A stretch of DNA of 45,078 bases from Clostridia bacterium (GTDB taxonomy: Bacteria > Bacillota > Clostridia > UMGS1883). Of this stretch, positions 43,996 through 45,078 are shown one piece after another (within the stretch, counting starts at the first letter, position 1; every line of letters begins with the position of its first letter). The position numbers and the translations under genes were made by a program. Under the pieces are notes generated by a model. That model did no database searches. It worked only from the letters and a program-made list of their open reading frames with translations, and was not told the origin of the DNA. The stretch is from positions 1-45,078 of the forward strand of contig JAZLEL010000016.1 of NCBI GenBank assembly GCA_045615265.1, given 5' to 3'.

Positions 43996-45078
43996 TTATT
44001 GTCCTGCGCTTCTAAGAACATTTGCTTGATGTGCAGAATTTTCTACGCCACTGCTATGCCCAATAGATTTATAAAAATGCAAATCAAAATGTCCGTGTGC
44101 GTTATTTCCCTTTATGTAATCGTAATTAATTCCTGCTCCATAGTTGTCGCTACGCCAGCTTGTCCATTCGCCGCCGGCAGCACCCTCATTTCCTGCATGA
44201 AGCATTCCCGCAGCACTTGCGGCAATAGTACGTCCGTTATGTTTAATAAGCACGCTGCGTTTGTTCCAGTTAAAATTACCGCCCCATATTTCTTTCATTA
44301 TTGCGGCATCGTTTGCAGTGAGGGGTTCGCAATCAGCATGACCGCTTCCTACGGTTCTGCGTGCGTTAAAGCTTTTCTTTGTTTCTAGGTCAACCACTGT
44401 AAAATCAGCATTAATTGGAATAACATACTGTGCTTCCGTAAACCAATTTAAAAGTTCGCCGTAGCCTTCGGGTGCATATTTAACAGGGACATGATGTACA
44501 GGAATCGTAAGCTTCATTCCCGTGTATATATAGCTAGATTCGCTAAGCGAATTAACCTCAAGAAGTTCAGAGTATGGAATTTTGTATTTAATAGCGATGT
44601 TCCAAAGCGTATCTCCGTCTTGAATTGTATGTGTTGTATATGTAACATATGCTGAACCTGGTGTACTTCCTCCCGAGGACGAACCGCTGGAAGAACTGCC
44701 CTTAGAAGGAATTTTCACGACATCTCCTACATGCAGTACTGTTTTTTCCGTTGCATTATTTATTGAAAGTATCGAGTCAAGGCTGACGCCGTATTTTTGA
44801 GATATTATCCAATATGTATCGCCCTTTTGAACTTTATATGTAGTGTAACTGCGGTCTGCATCAGGAATTACAATTTTTTGTCCTACATAAAGAGAGGAAT
44901 TACTTGTTGCGTTATTGGCACTTTGAAGTGCGGAAAGAGAAACCCCGCATTTTTTTGCGATAAGATAATAAGAATCCTCCTTCTGCACTGTGTATGTATG
45001 TGATGGTACAGTGATTTTTTGCCCTACATAAAGGGCGGAGCTACTGCTAGCACCTTTTGCATTAAGCACGGAATTAAG
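43996..45078 (-). CDS. LysM-repeat cell-wall protein with a C-terminal domain of uncertain family (5' end outside the window)
   Basis: At least four LysM units (for example YTVQKEDSYYLIAKKCGVSLSALQSANN...LYVGQKIVIP), an S/G linker, then a ~190-aa His/Asp-rich C-terminal domain. The frame stays open to the window edge, so the GTG at 45069 is probably not the true start. Confidence 0.75.
   Translation of the reverse strand, partial: LNSVLNAKGASSSSALYVGQKITVPSHTYTVQKEDSYYLIAKKCGVSLSALQSANNATSNSSLYVGQKIVIPDADRSYTTYKVQKGDTYWIISQKYGVSLDSILSINNATEKTVLHVGDVVKIPSKGSSSSGSSSGGSTPGSAYVTYTTHTIQDGDTLWNIAIKYKIPYSELLEVNSLSESSYIYTGMKLTIPVHHVPVKYAPEGYGELLNWFTEAQYVIPINADFTVVDLETKKSFNARRTVGSGHADCEPLTANDAAIMKEIWGGNFNWNKRSVLIKHNGRTIAASAAGMLHAGNEGAAGGEWTSWRSDNYGAGINYDYIKGNNAHGHFDLHFYKSIGHSSGVENSAHQANVLRSAGQ

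Noticed and set aside
1-45078. Window-wide scan for prophage, defence island, CRISPR, tRNA/rRNA, and integrase or transposase genes.
   Set aside because: Every ORF of 150 aa or more that is not a shadow ORF is accounted for by a housekeeping, sporulation or transporter assignment. I saw no cloverleaf-like or rRNA-like sequences and no repeat-spacer periodicity.

Overview
This 45-kb window looks like core chromosome from a low-GC, spore-forming Firmicute (Clostridia-like), densely packed with about 46 protein genes. I found one lysine riboswitch. I saw no rRNA, tRNA or CRISPR array, and no transposase, integrase or recognisable defence genes. Conserved blocks, in order: (1) M50 protease-scpA-scpB-ytfI-ytfJ; (2) uraA-upp; (3) citrate synthase-glnS; (4) spoIID plus a SpoIIQ-like M23 protein; (5) L-box with an NhaC-family transporter; (6) a monofunctional glycosyltransferase; (7) copA; (8) a PqqD-like gene with a YnbB-like PLP enzyme gene; (9) yybS-gdpP-rplI-dnaB-tilS-hpt-ftsH; (10) asd-dapA-dapB-hlyIII; (11) a SpoIID/LytB paralogue with queA; (12) an 11.7-kb co-directional array of ABC, DUF1854-like, ABC, degV, methyltransferase, ecfA1, ecfA2, ecfT, truA, a membrane-anchored repeat protein and cvpA; (13) a LysM wall protein running off the 3' edge. 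Most of this is ordinary housekeeping DNA. Five things are not explained by standard annotation: (a) the ABC/DUF1854-like/ABC module, whose two transporters carry homologous extra N-terminal cytoplasmic domains; (b) a 316-bp element bounded by ~37-bp inverted repeats between ytfJ and upp; (c) an orphan PqqD/RRE-like gene coupled to a PLP enzyme gene; (d) a CopZ-like domain fused in frame to CopA that keeps its own SD and ATG; (e) a membrane-anchored, apparently beta-propeller-like protein overlapping truA. All family assignments come from reading motifs in the translations. No database search was run.
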